DNA from: Eubacteriales bacterium
GTDB taxonomy: Bacteria; Bacillota; Clostridia; Oscillospirales; CAG-272
DNA length: 64,000 bases
Direction: 5' to 3'
Assembly: GCA_045594085.1 (NCBI GenBank)
Contig: JAZNXW010000020.1
Span: 5,768 to 69,767 of the forward strand
A model generated the notes under the pieces. That model was not told the DNA's origin. It was given only the letters and a program-made list of their open reading frames with translations, and searched no databases. Shown one piece after another: positions 63,264 through 64,000 of this stretch (its first letter is position 1; the number at the start of each line of letters is the position of its first letter). The position numbers were made by a program, and so were the translations under genes.

Positions 63264-64000
63264 AGCAAAGTTACAGAATTAAAAGCTTTCTGAAATGGCT
63301 CAATCATTATTTTGTATTCTTTTTGCTTGTTGCTTTTGTTATTACTTGCTGTACAATGCTGTTCGTATCAGCGCTCGGAGAATCTTTAGGCATTGATTTT
63401 ACCGATGCACATATCGCTGCCGCAGCAAAGCTGACTTTTTGGAATGTTGCACTTTTGAGCCTTATTTTTACGATTATTGATTCGCTTCGCCGAAAGTTTA
63501 CAGTGGAACGTCCGGTAAAGCGTATTGCCGATGCGGCAGAAAAAATCATACAAGGCGACTTTTCAGTCCGTGTAAAACCGCAAAGCAAATTCGGCACGGA
63601 TGAAACCTTCAATCAGGTTATAGACTGTTTCAATAAAATGGCAGAAGAACTCGGTAGCGTGGAAACATTGCGCACGGATTTCATTGCCAACGTATCCCAC
63701 GAAATGAAAACACCCCTTGCTGTTATGCAAAACTACGGAACGCTCCTGCAGGCTCCCGGTCTGTCCGAGGACAAGCGGATCGAATACGCCAAGGGCGTTA
63801 CGGACGGCTCTCGCCGCATGGCTGATATGATGACAAACATACTCAAGCTGAACCGTCTCGAAAATCAGAAGATTTATACGCAAGCGACCGAGTTTGATCT
63901 CGGAGAGCAACTTTGCGAATGCCTTTTGCAATACGAAAGCGTATGGGAAAAGGCAGATATTGAAATAGATACCGACATCGCAGAAAGCGTTACTGTAAAA
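63260..64000 (+). CDS. Sensor histidine kinase, N-terminal part (continues beyond the window end)
   Basis: GTG at 63260 overlaps the response-regulator stop (GTGA). I translated the frame by hand to the window end without finding a stop. It has two TM helices with a short loop, a HAMP-like region, and the H-box ANVSHEMKTPL. Confidence 0.88.
   Translation, partial: MKQSYRIKSFLKWLNHYFVFFLLVAFVITCCTMLFVSALGESLGIDFTDAHIAAAAKLTFWNVALLSLIFTIIDSLRRKFTVERPVKRIADAAEKIIQGDFSVRVKPQSKFGTDETFNQVIDCFNKMAEELGSVETLRTDFIANVSHEMKTPLAVMQNYGTLLQAPGLSEDKRIEYAKGVTDGSRRMADMMTNILKLNRLENQKIYTQATEFDLGEQLCECLLQYESVWEKADIEIDTDIAESVTVK

Overview
The window is a densely coded chromosomal segment with Gram-positive-type signals: GGAGG ribosome-binding sites, TTGACA/TATAAT promoters and many GC-hairpin plus T-run terminators. 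Gene content (ECF transporter ATPases, Rnf-like genes, a Ddh-type lysine pathway, CotH, glycoside hydrolases) suggests a Clostridia-type anaerobe, but I cannot confirm this without a database. I call 51 protein-coding genes, mostly housekeeping or carbohydrate and envelope functions. I also call three tRNAs (Arg-ACG, Met-CAT, Glu-UUC), tmRNA (ssrA) near smpB, and a lysine riboswitch in front of dapA-dapB-ddh-lysA. I saw no CRISPR array, transposase, integrase or recognisable defence genes.

The most unusual feature is a five-gene, translationally coupled Rnf-like operon (36174-40443).
- It has no rnfB.
- The rnfG position holds a membrane-anchored acidic protein with 19 DDTTS repeats and no FMN-binding domain.
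- The RnfA/RnfE-like and RnfC-like subunits appear to have lost conserved cofactor-ligand motifs.

Other points worth a second look:
- An ORF-free gap of about 0.8 kb (9228-10045) contains two self-contained promoter-to-terminator units, one of them a roughly 450-nt A-rich RNA.
- There are att-like duplications at the 3' ends of tmRNA and tRNA-Glu.
- Two long terminator-containing leaders precede a sodium:solute symporter and a P-type ATPase.
- A duplicated ABC-2 exporter module sits next to a two-component system.

All functional calls rest on motif recognition by eye and need HMM or BLAST confirmation.
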